In this document: positions 8,720 through 18,800 of the stretch, in pieces
How positions within the stretch are numbered: the stretch's first letter is position 1
Layout of the letters: the number at the start of each line of letters is the position of its first letter
DNA from: a virus
IMG/VR virus record: IMGVR_UViG_3300022744_000003
Location: 1-64,000 of that record
Length of the DNA stretch: 64,000 bases
Direction: 5' to 3' (one strand)
Made by a program: the position numbers and the translations under genes
The notes under the pieces: generated by a model
The model's input: only the letters and a program-made list of their open reading frames with translations
Told to the model about the DNA's origin: nothing
Databases searched by the model: none

Positions 8720-11700
8720 ATGAGCCTCCTCCTGCTGCTCAAGCCGCGGGGGCCGCTGGTCACCACGGGGTCCAGCAGCATCGCCGGCGCAGGCGCGTGC
8801 ACCATCACGCTCCCGACGTACGTGTCCCAGGACGGCTTCGTCTACGTCTTCGCCAGCCGGTCGTCGGTCGGCAACGCGCTGACCAGCATCACCGACACCT
8901 CGGGCGCGACCTGGACCGACATCACCAACAACGGTGCTGCCGGGCCCTTTGACGCGAACTCCTCGTCCCGGCACTACCTGTGGCGCGCGCCGTGGACCTC
9001 GGCGATGTCCGGCGCGGTGGTCACCGTCACCTTCGCCGGGACCAACCAGACCGCACTGGCCTACGCCCGGGTGGAGTGGACCGGCTGCACCCACGACCAG
9101 GTGGTCATCGCCGGTACCGGCGCGGACAGCACCCCGCCGATCAACCTGACCTCCCCGGCGGTGACTGCGGGCGGGTCCGACTCGATCGACATCGCGTTCC
9201 ACGGCGGCCGCGGCACCACGGTAGCCACCTTCACTCAGCCCACCATCAGCGTCACCGCGGCGGGCTGGGGTGGCACGAGCTCGGCGAGCTCGACCAGCAC
9301 CACCGCCACCAACGCCTTCGCGGGTGCGGGCTGGAAGTTGACCAACGGCTCGACCACCATCGCCTCGGCCTCCGACTGGGAGGCCAGCGATTCGGTCAAC
9401 GCCCGGGCCGCCGCCACCGTCACCCTGCTCTACAGCCCGACCGGGTCCACCGCCTACACCCAGGGCGTGTCCGGCACGCTGGGGTTCACTGGTGCCGCCC
9501 CCAAGCGCGCGAACAAGACGCTGGCCGCGACCAGCTCGTTCACCGGGACCGCGCGCAAGGCGACTACGCGCGCCCTGGCCGCCGCGCTCACCTTCGTCGG
9601 GGCCTTCCTGCGCGCCTTCCCCAAGACGCTCTCGGCGTCCCTGGGGTTCGTGGGGTCGACGGCGAAGCGCGCGAACAGGGCACTGACGGCCTCGTCCACG
9701 TTCACCGGCGCCGACACCGCACGGACCTCCCGGGCGCTCTCGGCCGCCGTGGGGTTCGCCGGGTCCACTGCGAAGCGGACGAGCCGCGAGCTGAGCGCCG
9801 CCCTGTCCTTCGTCGGCTCGATCGCCACCGCCCTGATCCCGGGGACCACCCAGTACACCAAGGACCTGGCCGCGACGCTGTCGTTCGCCGGGGCCGACGC
9901 CGCCCGGACGGCCCGCTCGCTGGCCGCGAGCCTGTCCTTCGCCGCGACCGACGCCTTCCGGACGAGCCGGGCGCTGAGCGCCGCCGTGGGCTTCGTGGGG
10001 ACGGCGTCCCGGCGTACCGCCAGGACGCTGGCGGCGGCACTGGGCTTCACCGGGTCGGACACCGCCCGGACCTCCCGCGCGCTGACGGCCTCGCTGTCGT
10101 TCGTCGGGACCACGACCAAGAGCATCCCGCGCGCGCTGGCGGCATCCCTGGGGTTTGCCGGGTCCGTCGCCAAGCGCACGGCGCGGTCGCTGTCGGCGAC
10201 CCTGACCTCGAGCGGGACGACGACCACCAGTTCGGTCCTGACCCGTGCCTTCAGTGCGGCGCTGTCGTTCGCCGGAACAGCGACGAGGCAGACCACCAGG
10301 CCGCTGAGCGCCGCCGCCGGGTTCACCGGGTCGCTGGCCCGCCGCACCTCCCGGAGCCTGTCCGCCGGCCTGAGCACCGCCGGGTCGCTGGCGCGCTCCA
10401 TCCCGTTCCGGCTGAGTGCGGCGCTCGGCTTCGTCGGGGCGGCGACCCGGCGCACGGCGCGCTCGCTGGGAGCCGGGCTCACGTTCACCGGAACCGTGTC
10501 CTCGGCCTCCGTGCTGACCCGCGCTCTCACCGCGAGCTTGTCCTTCACCGGGACGGCCGCGCGCAGCACCGCCCGGCCGCTGGCGGCCGCGCTGTCGTAC
10601 GCCGGGGCGATCTCGCGGCGCACCTCCCGCGCGCTGGCGGCCGGCCTGTCCTTCACCGGGGCGCTGGCCCGCTCGTTCCCGTACCGGCTCACCGCGGCGC
10701 TGTCGTTCACGGGCGCGACCGCCAAGCGGACCGCGCGCAGCCTGGGGGCAGGCCTGTCCTTCGTCGGGTCAGTGGTCTCGACCTCGGTGCTCACCCGGGC
10801 CTTCACCGCCGCGGTCGGGTTCGCCGGGTCGGTGTCCAAGCGCACTGGCAAGGCCCTGTCCGGCGGGCTGTCCTCGGGCGGGACGCTGTCCCGCGCGATC
10901 TCCCGACCGCTGGCTGCGGGCGTGTCGTTCGCCGGCGCGACGGCCCGGCGGACCTCTCGCGCGCTGTCCGCGGCAGCGACCTTCGCCGGGGCGACGGCCA
11001 AGCGGACGAGCAGGTCGCTGGCCGGGTCGTTGAGCTCGGCCGGCACCCTGGGCAAGCAGGCAGGCAAGGCTCTGGGCGCCGCGCTGTCGTTCGGCGGCTC
11101 GCTGGCCCGAACCACCGTCCGGGCTCTGAGCGCCGCCGTGTCCTTCGTCGGGGGGCTGGCCAGCAACCTGGTCGGCGGCCCGGTCTCGTACGTCCAGAAC
11201 CTCTCGGCCACCCTGGGGCTCACCGGGGCGTTGAGCCGCCGTACCTCGAGGAGCCTGGCTGCGGCCGGCGCGTTCACCGCCGCCCTGACCAAGCGGACTT
11301 CGAGGTCCCTGTCGGCGGCATCCGGGTTCGCCGGCGTGCTGGCCAAGCAGACCTGGAAGTCCCTGGCCGGAGCCGCGTCGTACGCCGGGTCCGTCGCGCG
11401 ACGTACCGGGAAGGCGCTCACGGCCGGGGCGGGTTTCACGGGGAACATCGTCCGGCGCACGGCACGGGGCCTGACGGCATCACTCGCCCCGAGCGGCGCG
11501 CTGGCCAAGCAGACCCGGAGGGCCCTGGGAGCCGCTGCGGGCTTCGTGGGCGCCCTGACGCGCTCGCGGACGTATCTCGCAGCCCTGAACGCCTCCATCG
11601 GCTTCACGGGCTCCCTGGCGCGCCGCACGGGGAAGTCCCTGGCGGCCGCCCTCACGTCGTCCGGGACGATCGTCCGGGCGGTCGGCAAGACGCTGGCCTC

Positions 11701-11902
11701 GGCCCTGAGCTTCACGGGAAGCCTGATTTACTCGGGCGGCCAGGCGGCCAAGATCGCAGCCGGGAAGGTCGCAGGCGCAGTGGGGCGGCTGTTCCGCGCC
11801 GACGCGACCGGCGGCCCGGACTCGACCGACGCCACCGGGCTCCCCGGGTCGGGCAAGGGCAAGGGCGGGCCCGGACGCTCCGGAGCCCGGAAGAGGTCTT
11901 GA
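8720..11902 (+). CDS. giant repeat fibre-like protein (1060 aa): globular N-domain plus about 41 x 18-aa basic repeats
   Basis: GGGAGG RBS. Repeat consensus is LSAALSFxGxxxKRTxRx. The opposite-strand ORF 9454..11715 is a shadow ORF. Confidence 0.8.
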   Translation: MSLLLLLKPRGPLVTTGSSSIAGAGACTITLPTYVSQDGFVYVFASRSSVGNALTSITDTSGATWTDITNNGAAGPFDANSSSRHYLWRAPWTSAMSGAVVTVTFAGTNQTALAYARVEWTGCTHDQVVIAGTGADSTPPINLTSPAVTAGGSDSIDIAFHGGRGTTVATFTQPTISVTAAGWGGTSSASSTSTTATNAFAGAGWKLTNGSTTIASASDWEASDSVNARAAATVTLLYSPTGSTAYTQGVSGTLGFTGAAPKRANKTLAATSSFTGTARKATTRALAAALTFVGAFLRAFPKTLSASLGFVGSTAKRANRALTASSTFTGADTARTSRALSAAVGFAGSTAKRTSRELSAALSFVGSIATALIPGTTQYTKDLAATLSFAGADAARTARSLAASLSFAATDAFRTSRALSAAVGFVGTASRRTARTLAAALGFTGSDTARTSRALTASLSFVGTTTKSIPRALAASLGFAGSVAKRTARSLSATLTSSGTTTTSSVLTRAFSAALSFAGTATRQTTRPLSAAAGFTGSLARRTSRSLSAGLSTAGSLARSIPFRLSAALGFVGAATRRTARSLGAGLTFTGTVSSASVLTRALTASLSFTGTAARSTARPLAAALSYAGAISRRTSRALAAGLSFTGALARSFPYRLTAALSFTGATAKRTARSLGAGLSFVGSVVSTSVLTRAFTAAVGFAGSVSKRTGKALSGGLSSGGTLSRAISRPLAAGVSFAGATARRTSRALSAAATFAGATAKRTSRSLAGSLSSAGTLGKQAGKALGAALSFGGSLARTTVRALSAAVSFVGGLASNLVGGPVSYVQNLSATLGLTGALSRRTSRSLAAAGAFTAALTKRTSRSLSAASGFAGVLAKQTWKSLAGAASYAGSVARRTGKALTAGAGFTGNIVRRTARGLTASLAPSGALAKQTRRALGAAAGFVGALTRSRTYLAALNASIGFTGSLARRTGKSLAAALTSSGTIVRAVGKTLASALSFTGSLIYSGGQAAKIAAGKVAGAVGRLFRADATGGPDSTDATGLPGSGKGKGGPGRSGARKRS
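9467..11730 (+). repeat. degenerate 54-bp tandem coding repeat with a 276-bp super-repeat
   Basis: About 41 units. SVLTRA(F/L) units recur at 10232, 10508 and 10784, exactly 276 bp apart. Confidence 0.85.
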
Positions 11903-11923
11903 TCGACAGGGGACGATGGAACT

Positions 11924-12709
11924 GTGACGCCTGACATCCTGCTCCGCTTCGGCAACCGCGCGCCCCTGCTGCAGCGGGTCCTCGAGGTCGACGGCATCGT
12001 CCTGGACCTCACCGACGCGACGGAGGTCCGGTTCAAGGCCTCGGGCGCCTCCGGGGTGGTCATCAGCGGAACCTGCACCATGGCGACCGACCGGACCACC
12101 GGCGAGGTCACCTACGCCTGGTCGGCCCAGGACGCGCTGGTCCCGGCCGGCTTCTACCAGTGCTGGTTCGAGGTCGACTTCCCCGGGTCGGTCGGGCTCA
12201 CCCTGCCCAACGCCACGTACCTCGTCCTGCAGATCACCGCGCTCCTGCAGGGGACCTGGTCCTACTCCGGCGACCCGTCGAGCTCCGACCGCGACGCCGT
12301 GCGGTACTACCTCGGGGACACCGACCCCGACGACCCCCTGGTCAGCGACGGCGAGATCGACTTCCTGCTGGCCGAGTGGCTGCCGGTGTCGAACTCCAAG
12401 CTGATCGTGGCGGCCGTGGCGGCCGAGAACCTCGCCTCGAGGTACGCGCGCGAGGTCGCCGTCTCCGCGGACGGCGTCACGGTCGCGCTCCAGGACCTCA
12501 TGGACCGCTTCCTCGCCCTGTCCGGGCGGCTGCGCTCCCAGGACGCCCAGCGCAACATCGGCGGCCCGGACGTCGGCGGGGTGGACCTCAACGACGTCTA
12601 CGACCCCTCCGTCAAGCCTCTGAACTTCTCGGTCGGGATGCACGACAACTACCGCGGCGGCGGCCAGGGCGACTACCGCGGCGACGAGTACTACGGGGGC
12701 GTGTGGTGA
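11924..12709 (+). CDS. head-tail connector/adaptor protein with N-terminal Ig-like extension
   Basis: GTG start. 261 aa. The C-half DAVRYYLGDTDPDDPLVSDGEIDFLLAEW...AAENLASRYA resembles gp6-like connectors. Confidence 0.55.
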   Translation: MTPDILLRFGNRAPLLQRVLEVDGIVLDLTDATEVRFKASGASGVVISGTCTMATDRTTGEVTYAWSAQDALVPAGFYQCWFEVDFPGSVGLTLPNATYLVLQITALLQGTWSYSGDPSSSDRDAVRYYLGDTDPDDPLVSDGEIDFLLAEWLPVSNSKLIVAAVAAENLASRYAREVAVSADGVTVALQDLMDRFLALSGRLRSQDAQRNIGGPDVGGVDLNDVYDPSVKPLNFSVGMHDNYRGGGQGDYRGDEYYGGVW

Positions 12710-13146
12710 CCTCGATGTCGGCGCGCCACGCCCGCGCCCGCGCCTATGTCCAGCGCCGCGCTGCGGCCGAGATGGACGTGAAGGTCGTCGTACGCCGGAT
12801 GTCCTCGGACGGCGTTCTCGACGAGGCCTCCCTGGTCGTCGTCCCGGTCGCCCAGCAGACCATCTACACCGGCTCCGCCTTCCTGCACTCGATCGGGAGC
12901 GGCGGGGAGATCATGGTCGGGGAGTCCCCGGTCCCGGTCCGCAGCACGGTGATCTCGCTCCCCGCATCGGCGCCGGCTCCCCGGCCGGACGACGTCGTGA
13001 CGATCACGGCCTGCCCCGAGGACGCCACGGTGGTGGGGCTGGGGTTCCGGGTCCGCAGCGTCGAGGGCGGCGGGATCTACCGCTCCACCCGCCAGCTCAC
13101 CTGCACGGTCTGGAGCGATTCTCAGGCATGGGAGCGCGAGGCATGA
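12706..13146 (+). CDS. head-tail joining (head closure-like) protein
   Basis: GTGA overlap start (alternative ATG at 12715). Sensible tail of ORF 12160..13146. Call rests on position between connector genes. Confidence 0.5.
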   Translation: MTSMSARHARARAYVQRRAAAEMDVKVVVRRMSSDGVLDEASLVVVPVAQQTIYTGSAFLHSIGSGGEIMVGESPVPVRSTVISLPASAPAPRPDDVVTITACPEDATVVGLGFRVRSVEGGGIYRSTRQLTCTVWSDSQAWEREA

Positions 13147-13253
13147 TCGCCATCTTCCTGCGGGCCTTCGCGGTCGGCCTGCTCACCGCCCTGGGTGCCG
13201 TGCTGGCGCTGCTGCTCGGCTGGGGCGCGTACGACCGGATCATGGGCCGATGA
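13143..13253 (+). CDS. small single-pass membrane protein (36 aa)
   Basis: ATGA overlaps at both ends. Translates as MIAIFLRAFAVGLLTALGAVLALLLGWGAYDRIMGR. Confidence 0.45.
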   Translation: MIAIFLRAFAVGLLTALGAVLALLLGWGAYDRIMGR

Positions 13254-13726
13254 CCGCGGCCAGCGCCGATCTGCGTCAGCTCGCGCAGGACCTCCGGGCC
13301 GCTACCGGCACACCCCTGGACATGGCGGCCGCCGAGGTCGTCCGACGCGCAGCCGTGCGCGTGCAGGCCTCGGCGATGCAGTTCGCCCCGGTCGCCACCG
13401 GCGCACTGAAGAACTCGATCACGATCCGGTTCGACACCCCCACCTCGGCCACGATCGGCCCCGGGGTGGAGTACGGCCCCTACCAGGAGTTCGGCACCGG
13501 CAGCCGCGGGGAGTTCCCCGGCGCGCCGTACGAGATCCGCCCGAAGAACGCCTCCGCGCTGTCCTTCACGGTCGACGGCAAGCGCGTCGTCACCCAGAAG
13601 GTCGTCCACCCCGGCGTCAGGGCCAAGCGCTACATGCGGCGCGCGGTCAAGGAGGCCCTGGAGCCGCTGACCGCCGACCTGGCCGCCACCGGCGCGCTGC
13701 TGATCACGAAGGGACCGAACGCCTGA
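13250..13726 (+). CDS. HK97 gp10-like head-tail joining protein
   Basis: 158 aa. The motif GVEYGPYQEFGTGSRG matches the gp10-family YA.y.EfGT signature. Confidence 0.7.
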   Translation: MTAASADLRQLAQDLRAATGTPLDMAAAEVVRRAAVRVQASAMQFAPVATGALKNSITIRFDTPTSATIGPGVEYGPYQEFGTGSRGEFPGAPYEIRPKNASALSFTVDGKRVVTQKVVHPGVRAKRYMRRAVKEALEPLTADLAATGALLITKGPNA

Positions 13727-14181
13727 TGGAGCGTCACCCCTTCACCCTGGCGATCACCGCGGGCCTCGAGGCGGCCGGCTTCCCGGTGGGCGTCGCCGAG
13801 CGCCCGGACGGCGGCGGCTGGGAGGGCGAGCCGAACACCCCCCTGGCCGGGCTCTTCCGCCCGTACGTCGTGGTCGTCCCGCTGACCGCCTCGACGAGCT
13901 CGGGGCCGATGGCGGTCGACAGCCAGGGCGACTGGCGCCTGCCCTACTCGGTGACGTCGTACGCCATCCGCGGCGACCAGGTCGAGCGGATCGCCGACCG
14001 CGTTCGCGCCGTCGTCCTTGCGCTCTCGCGGGCCGCGGTCACCACTAGCGGCGGCGGATACCGTGTAGTCAAGGTCAACCTGTCCGCCATCGGGCAGGTG
14101 AACAGGGCGGATCAGACCGACCCGCCGTTCTACGCCCAGACCGACAGCGTCGAGCTGTGGGCAAACAAGGAGCCGACGTGA
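13726..14181 (+). CDS. tail terminator-like protein
   Basis: TGATG overlap start. 151 aa. Lies between the gp10-like gene and the major tail gene. Confidence 0.5.
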   Translation: MERHPFTLAITAGLEAAGFPVGVAERPDGGGWEGEPNTPLAGLFRPYVVVVPLTASTSSGPMAVDSQGDWRLPYSVTSYAIRGDQVERIADRVRAVVLALSRAAVTTSGGGYRVVKVNLSAIGQVNRADQTDPPFYAQTDSVELWANKEPT

Positions 14182-14456
14182 GCGACATGACCTGGGTCTT
14201 CCACCCCACCCTCGTCCGCTGGTCCGAGATCGTGGACGAGTCCGTCCCCGTCTGGGAGGAGGCGGGCTGGGAGCACCGGCCCGAAGGCCCTGCGGTCGAC
14301 GAGTCCGGCCGCTACTCCGAGGTCGAGCTGGCCGCCCGTGCAGCCCAGCTCGGCATCGCGGCTGTCGAGCCCGAGGCCGGGGTTTCGATCGAAACTCCGG
14401 AGAAGGAGCCCTCGACAGAGCCCGCATCCTTGAAGAAGGACAGCGGAAAGCCGTAG
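14178..14456 (+). CDS. hypothetical acidic protein (92 aa)
   Basis: AAGGAG RBS. GTG overlaps the upstream TGA. In frame with ORF 14157..14456. Confidence 0.5.
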   Translation: MSDMTWVFHPTLVRWSEIVDESVPVWEEAGWEHRPEGPAVDESGRYSEVELAARAAQLGIAAVEPEAGVSIETPEKEPSTEPASLKKDSGKP

Positions 14457-14468
14457 GAGGACTGACCC

Positions 14469-14951
14469 ATGGCACGCATCATCCCGAACGACGCGAGCTA
14501 CATCTGCTTCGCGTCGTCTGGCGGCGTCGCTTCGGCGTCGCTCATCCCGACCGCCGCCGAGGTCACCGCGTCGGTGAACCTCACGCCGTTCATCATGAGC
14601 CTCACGGCCTCGACCCAGGGCAACGTGATCCCGACCCCGAGCTTCGACTCACTGTTCGAGACCTCGGCCGTGGGCACGAGCTCCGCGTCGTTCTCGATGG
14701 ACTGCTACCGCGACGACACCGCCGACACCGCGTGGACCACGCTTCCGCGCAAGACCAAGGGCTTCGTCATCATCTCGCGCTTCGGCGGCTCGGGCGCGCT
14801 GCGCAAGCCGACCACGGGCAACGTCGTCGAGGTCTGGCCGATCATCGTGACCAGCCGCTCGATGGCCGGCATGAGCAACAACACGGTCCAGAGCTTCACG
14901 GTGACCTGCGCGGTGCCGACCGAGCCCAACGAGGCGGCGACCGTCACCTGA
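14469..14951 (+). CDS. major tail (tube) protein
   Basis: AGGAGG RBS. 160 aa beta-rich protein immediately upstream of the chaperone pair and tape measure gene. Confidence 0.65.
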   Translation: MARIIPNDASYICFASSGGVASASLIPTAAEVTASVNLTPFIMSLTASTQGNVIPTPSFDSLFETSAVGTSSASFSMDCYRDDTADTAWTTLPRKTKGFVIISRFGGSGALRKPTTGNVVEVWPIIVTSRSMAGMSNNTVQSFTVTCAVPTEPNEAATVT

Positions 14952-15075
14952 TCGGGGCCGGTGGGGGCACCCAACTGGCGAGGGCAGTACTTCGGGCCGA
15001 GGGGACCCGAGGTGCTGTCCTCGTCGCTTTGCGGGCTCTACGATGCGATCAAGATCCCCCACCGAGGAGAACCCC

Positions 15076-15537
15076 ATGGCCAAGAACGACGTAATCGACG
15101 CGGACCTGGACGTCCGGACCGGCGACGCCGACGTGAAGAAGGACCCCATCACCAGCATCCCGCGCGCGACGCTGAACGACCTGCAGGGCAAGAAGCGCGC
15201 CGAGCGCGAGGTGGCGGTCGAGATCCCCACCGAGGCCGGGCCCAAGAAGGTCTCGTTCCTGTTCCGGGCGATCAGCCGCAAGGCGTACGACGCCCTGGTG
15301 GACGAGCACCCGCCGACCAAGACCCAGCAGGCCAAGGGCGAGTCGTTCAACGTGGACACCTTCGCCCCGGCGCTGCTCGCGGTGGTCTGCATCGAGCCCG
15401 AGCTCGAGGTGTCCGCCTGGGCGAAGTTCTGGAAGAGCCCCGACTGGTCCCCGGGCGAGCTCAGCGGCCTGTTCTACACCGCCGCCGGTCTGTGCAACAC
15501 GGGCTTCGAGCTGGTCCCTACTACCGCGGGCGACTGA
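15076..15537 (+). CDS. tail assembly chaperone (G-like)
   Basis: GGAGAA RBS before ATG 15076 (the ORF track start 15043 is less likely). Acidic 153 aa. Canonical position. Confidence 0.65.
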   Translation: MAKNDVIDADLDVRTGDADVKKDPITSIPRATLNDLQGKKRAEREVAVEIPTEAGPKKVSFLFRAISRKAYDALVDEHPPTKTQQAKGESFNVDTFAPALLAVVCIEPELEVSAWAKFWKSPDWSPGELSGLFYTAAGLCNTGFELVPTTAGD

Positions 15538-15563
15538 GGAGGGACGCGCAGCTCGCGCTCGAG

Positions 15564-15899
15564 ATGAGCGTGGCGGCGAAGTACTCCATCCCGCACAGCG
15601 AGTTCATGGCCTGGGACTCGGTCGACCAGGCCAAGGCGATCGCCTTCCACCTGCACGAGGCGGAGAAGTGCACCTTGTGCGGCACGGCAGACTGGGAGTG
15701 GGATCCCGAGCAGGGCGGGGCCCGCTTCGCTTACGAGCCGGTGGAGAAGGTCTGCATGGGCTGCTACACCAAGCACGACATGGGCGGGGGCGGCCCCGGC
15801 TCCTACCTGACCCTGCTCCCGGCCGGCACCCCCGAGGCCGCACGCCGCCACGTCGCGGCGGAGCGCTCCGCTCGAGTCCGGGCGGCGCGCAGTGAGTGA
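15564..15899 (+). CDS. tail assembly chaperone T-like segment with CxxC...CxxC zinc ribbon (possibly fused to G by -1 frameshift)
   Basis: -1 frame relative to the G gene and open through it. Contains EKCTLCGTADWEW...KVCMGCY. No SD before ATG 15564. Stop overlaps the tape measure start. Confidence 0.5.
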   Translation: MSVAAKYSIPHSEFMAWDSVDQAKAIAFHLHEAEKCTLCGTADWEWDPEQGGARFAYEPVEKVCMGCYTKHDMGGGGPGSYLTLLPAGTPEAARRHVAAERSARVRAARSE

Positions 15900-18800
15900 G
15901 GAGACCCGGGACGCCAACGTCCGCCTCACCGCGGACGTCCAGCCCTACCGCCAGGACGTCGCGGCGGCCGCGGACGACACCACCAAGCTCGCCGCGGCCG
16001 TCGACGTCCTGGCGTCCAAGCTCGACGGCCTGGGCAAGCGCACCGGCAAGAAGCTGACCCTGTTCGCCGCCGCCGACCTGGCGATGATGGGCGGCATGGT
16101 CGCCGTCACGGCGAACTACGAGAAGCAGCTCGGCACGCTGTCGGGCCAGGCCGCGGTCACCGGCAAGAACATCGGCGCGCTGAGCACCAGCATCCGCCAG
16201 GCGAGCCGGGACATGCCGGTCGCGCGCGACGAGGTCGTGGCGCTGACCACCGCCATCTCCAAGATGGGCGTGACCAGCCAGAAGGACCTCGCGTCGTTCA
16301 CCACGACGTTCCTGAAGGCCTCTGCGGCCACCGGGGACTCCGCGCAGGGCCTGGCGTCCTCCATGACCTCCCTGAGCCGCCAGATGGGCACCCTGGGCGG
16401 CGGGGGCAGCCAGATGCGGGCCTTCACCGACTCGCTGGTCAAGGTCTCGGCCACCGCCGGGGTCTCGGCGCAGAGCGTGGCCGACTTCGCGAACTCGATC
16501 GCGCCGTTCGCCCGGGTCGCCGGCATCGGCCAGAAGCAGGTCCTGGGCCTGTCCTCGGCCTTCGTCCAGGCCGGCAACGACGGCTTCGCCGCGGCGAACA
16601 CCTTCAACACGATGCTGGCCGACATCGTGCGCCAGACCTCGAGCGGCGGCCCCGGGCTGGCCAAGTACGCATCCCTGGTCGGGGTGACGGTCGACGAGTT
16701 CAAGAAGCTCGACTCGTCCCAGCAGGTCGTGAAGATCTTCAAGGCGATCAACGACGCCGGCCCCCAGGCCGTCCAGGTGCTCGACCAGATGGGCTTCGAC
16801 GGCATCCGCGCGGCCAAGGCGATCCAGACCATGGCGGCGCAGTCCGGCGGCCTGGAGAAGCTCGTCAACGCCGCGGTGGGCGGCTACGGCGACGACTCGA
16901 CGAACAAGGGCGCGGAGGCCGCGATGAGCGGCTTCGCGGACGAGATGATCCGCGCGGGGAACATCGCCAAGGACATGGCGACCTCGATCGGCTCGGGCAT
17001 CATCACCCCCCTGACCTACGGCCTGGGCGTCCTGAACAACATCACCGCCGAGGCGTCCAAGCTCACCGGCATCTTCGCCGCGGGCGGGGCGCTGGCGGCC
17101 GCGGGCGGGCTGGCCTCCGGCGCGGCCGGCGGCATCATGCAGGTCGCGAGCATGGCCGCGGTCCCCGCAGGCATCCGCTGGCTCTACAACTCCTCGCCCC
17201 TGGGAGCCTTCCGCGAGGGCCGCCGGGCCGCGGCCGCAGCCAAGAACGGGATGAGCATCCCGGACGGCCCCTACATCGACCGCTACACCGGCGGCCGCGC
17301 CGGGCGCCTCGAGGGGATGGGCTTCGCCTCCGGCGCCGCCGTGGGCGACATCTGGGGCGGGAACAACGGCGGCCGGGGCATCGTGCAGAAGGCGAGCTCG
17401 GCCTTGGGCTTCCTCCCGCGCATGGTCGCAGTGGGCGCGAACTTCCAGTCCGAGTTCTACGACGAGTCCCGCCAGCAGGGCTACCAGCGCGGCAACCAGA
17501 CCAGCCTGTGGTCGGGCATCCGCGCGGCCGCGAGCTCGACGGACTCCTTCACCCGCTCGACGCTCAAGGCCACCGCGGCGCTGGCCAAGTTCGAGTGGTC
17601 GGCGGCCAAGGCCGGCGTGAGCGCGGGCGGCGCCGTCGCCGGCAGGGCGCTGGGCAAGCTCGGCGGCGCGGCCATGGACTTCCTGGGCGGACCGATCGGC
17701 ATCGCGGCGATGGCCGGTATCGCGGCGATCCAGGTCAAGAGCATGAACGATGAGCAGCTCACCGCGCTGCGCGACCGCGCCAAGGACCCCAACGCCTACA
17801 ACCAGGCGTCGCCGTACGCCGCGGCGCTGGGGACCGCGTCCTCCTCGCTCTCGGACATGACCCTCATGGTCGGCAAGAGCTCCAAGGAACTCGACTCGCT
17901 CGCCGCTGCGGCCGCGAACGCCCGGAACGGGATCATCGCCGGCGGCGCGACCAACCCGAACACGGCGTCGATCACAAACAAGGACCAGGCGGTCTCCTAC
18001 CTGCGCTCGCTGGGGGCGAACAGCAGCCCGGAGACGATGAACCTCGCCTTCGCCGACGTCCGGCGCGCGCTGCCCGGCCAGGCGGGCAAGGACGCGATCG
18101 ACGCCTACATGCGGAACCCGACCTCCACGGTCACCCTGGGCGACATCTCCAACGCCGCGGGGAACATCGGCAACTCCGACGTCTCGGGCATCGGGGAGCG
18201 GCTGGGGTTCACCCTGTCCGGGGACGCCGACCGCAAGACCCAGATGGGCCTGGGCGCGGCGCTGCAGTACGTCTCGCAGTACTCCAAGTTCGGCGACGCG
18301 AACGTCCAGGAGCAGGCCAAGGTCAACGCCGCGGTCACGATGCTCGACGCCGCCCTCAAGGGCGGGACCGCCAACGACGACCCGGCCACCCGCAAGGCCC
18401 GCGTGGCGGCGGTCGCCCAGGTCGAGCAGCTCCTCGGGGTGGACTTCAAGTACAACGCGGCCAACGGCTACGGCTCGGCCGCCGAGCTCCTCGGCGCGCA
18501 GGACGCGGACTCGACCTTCGGGAACTACCGGACCAACAACCCGAACCTGGTCTTCTCCGGCGGCCAGGCGGGCCAGACGGCCCTGTACCGGCTCGCGGTC
18601 ACCAACACCGACCCGGGCGTGCTCGGGCTGCGCGGGCGGGGGGTGGACCTGCAGAGCGGCTACCTCGGGGACGCGGTCACCCGGATCGGGGACTCGACCG
18701 TCCAGAACAAGGCCGTGCTCGAGCTCTACAAGATGGCCAAGGAGAAGGGCGGCGGCTCGATCGCCAAGGCCGACAGCGTCCTGCAGGGGATCCTGGCCGA

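Noticed and set aside
9467-11730. Possible CRISPR array or non-coding tandem repeat, suggested by the regular 54-bp periodicity.
   Set aside because: The repeats are degenerate, have no unique spacers, lie in one long open frame with high GC3, and translate to a coherent 18-aa protein repeat.
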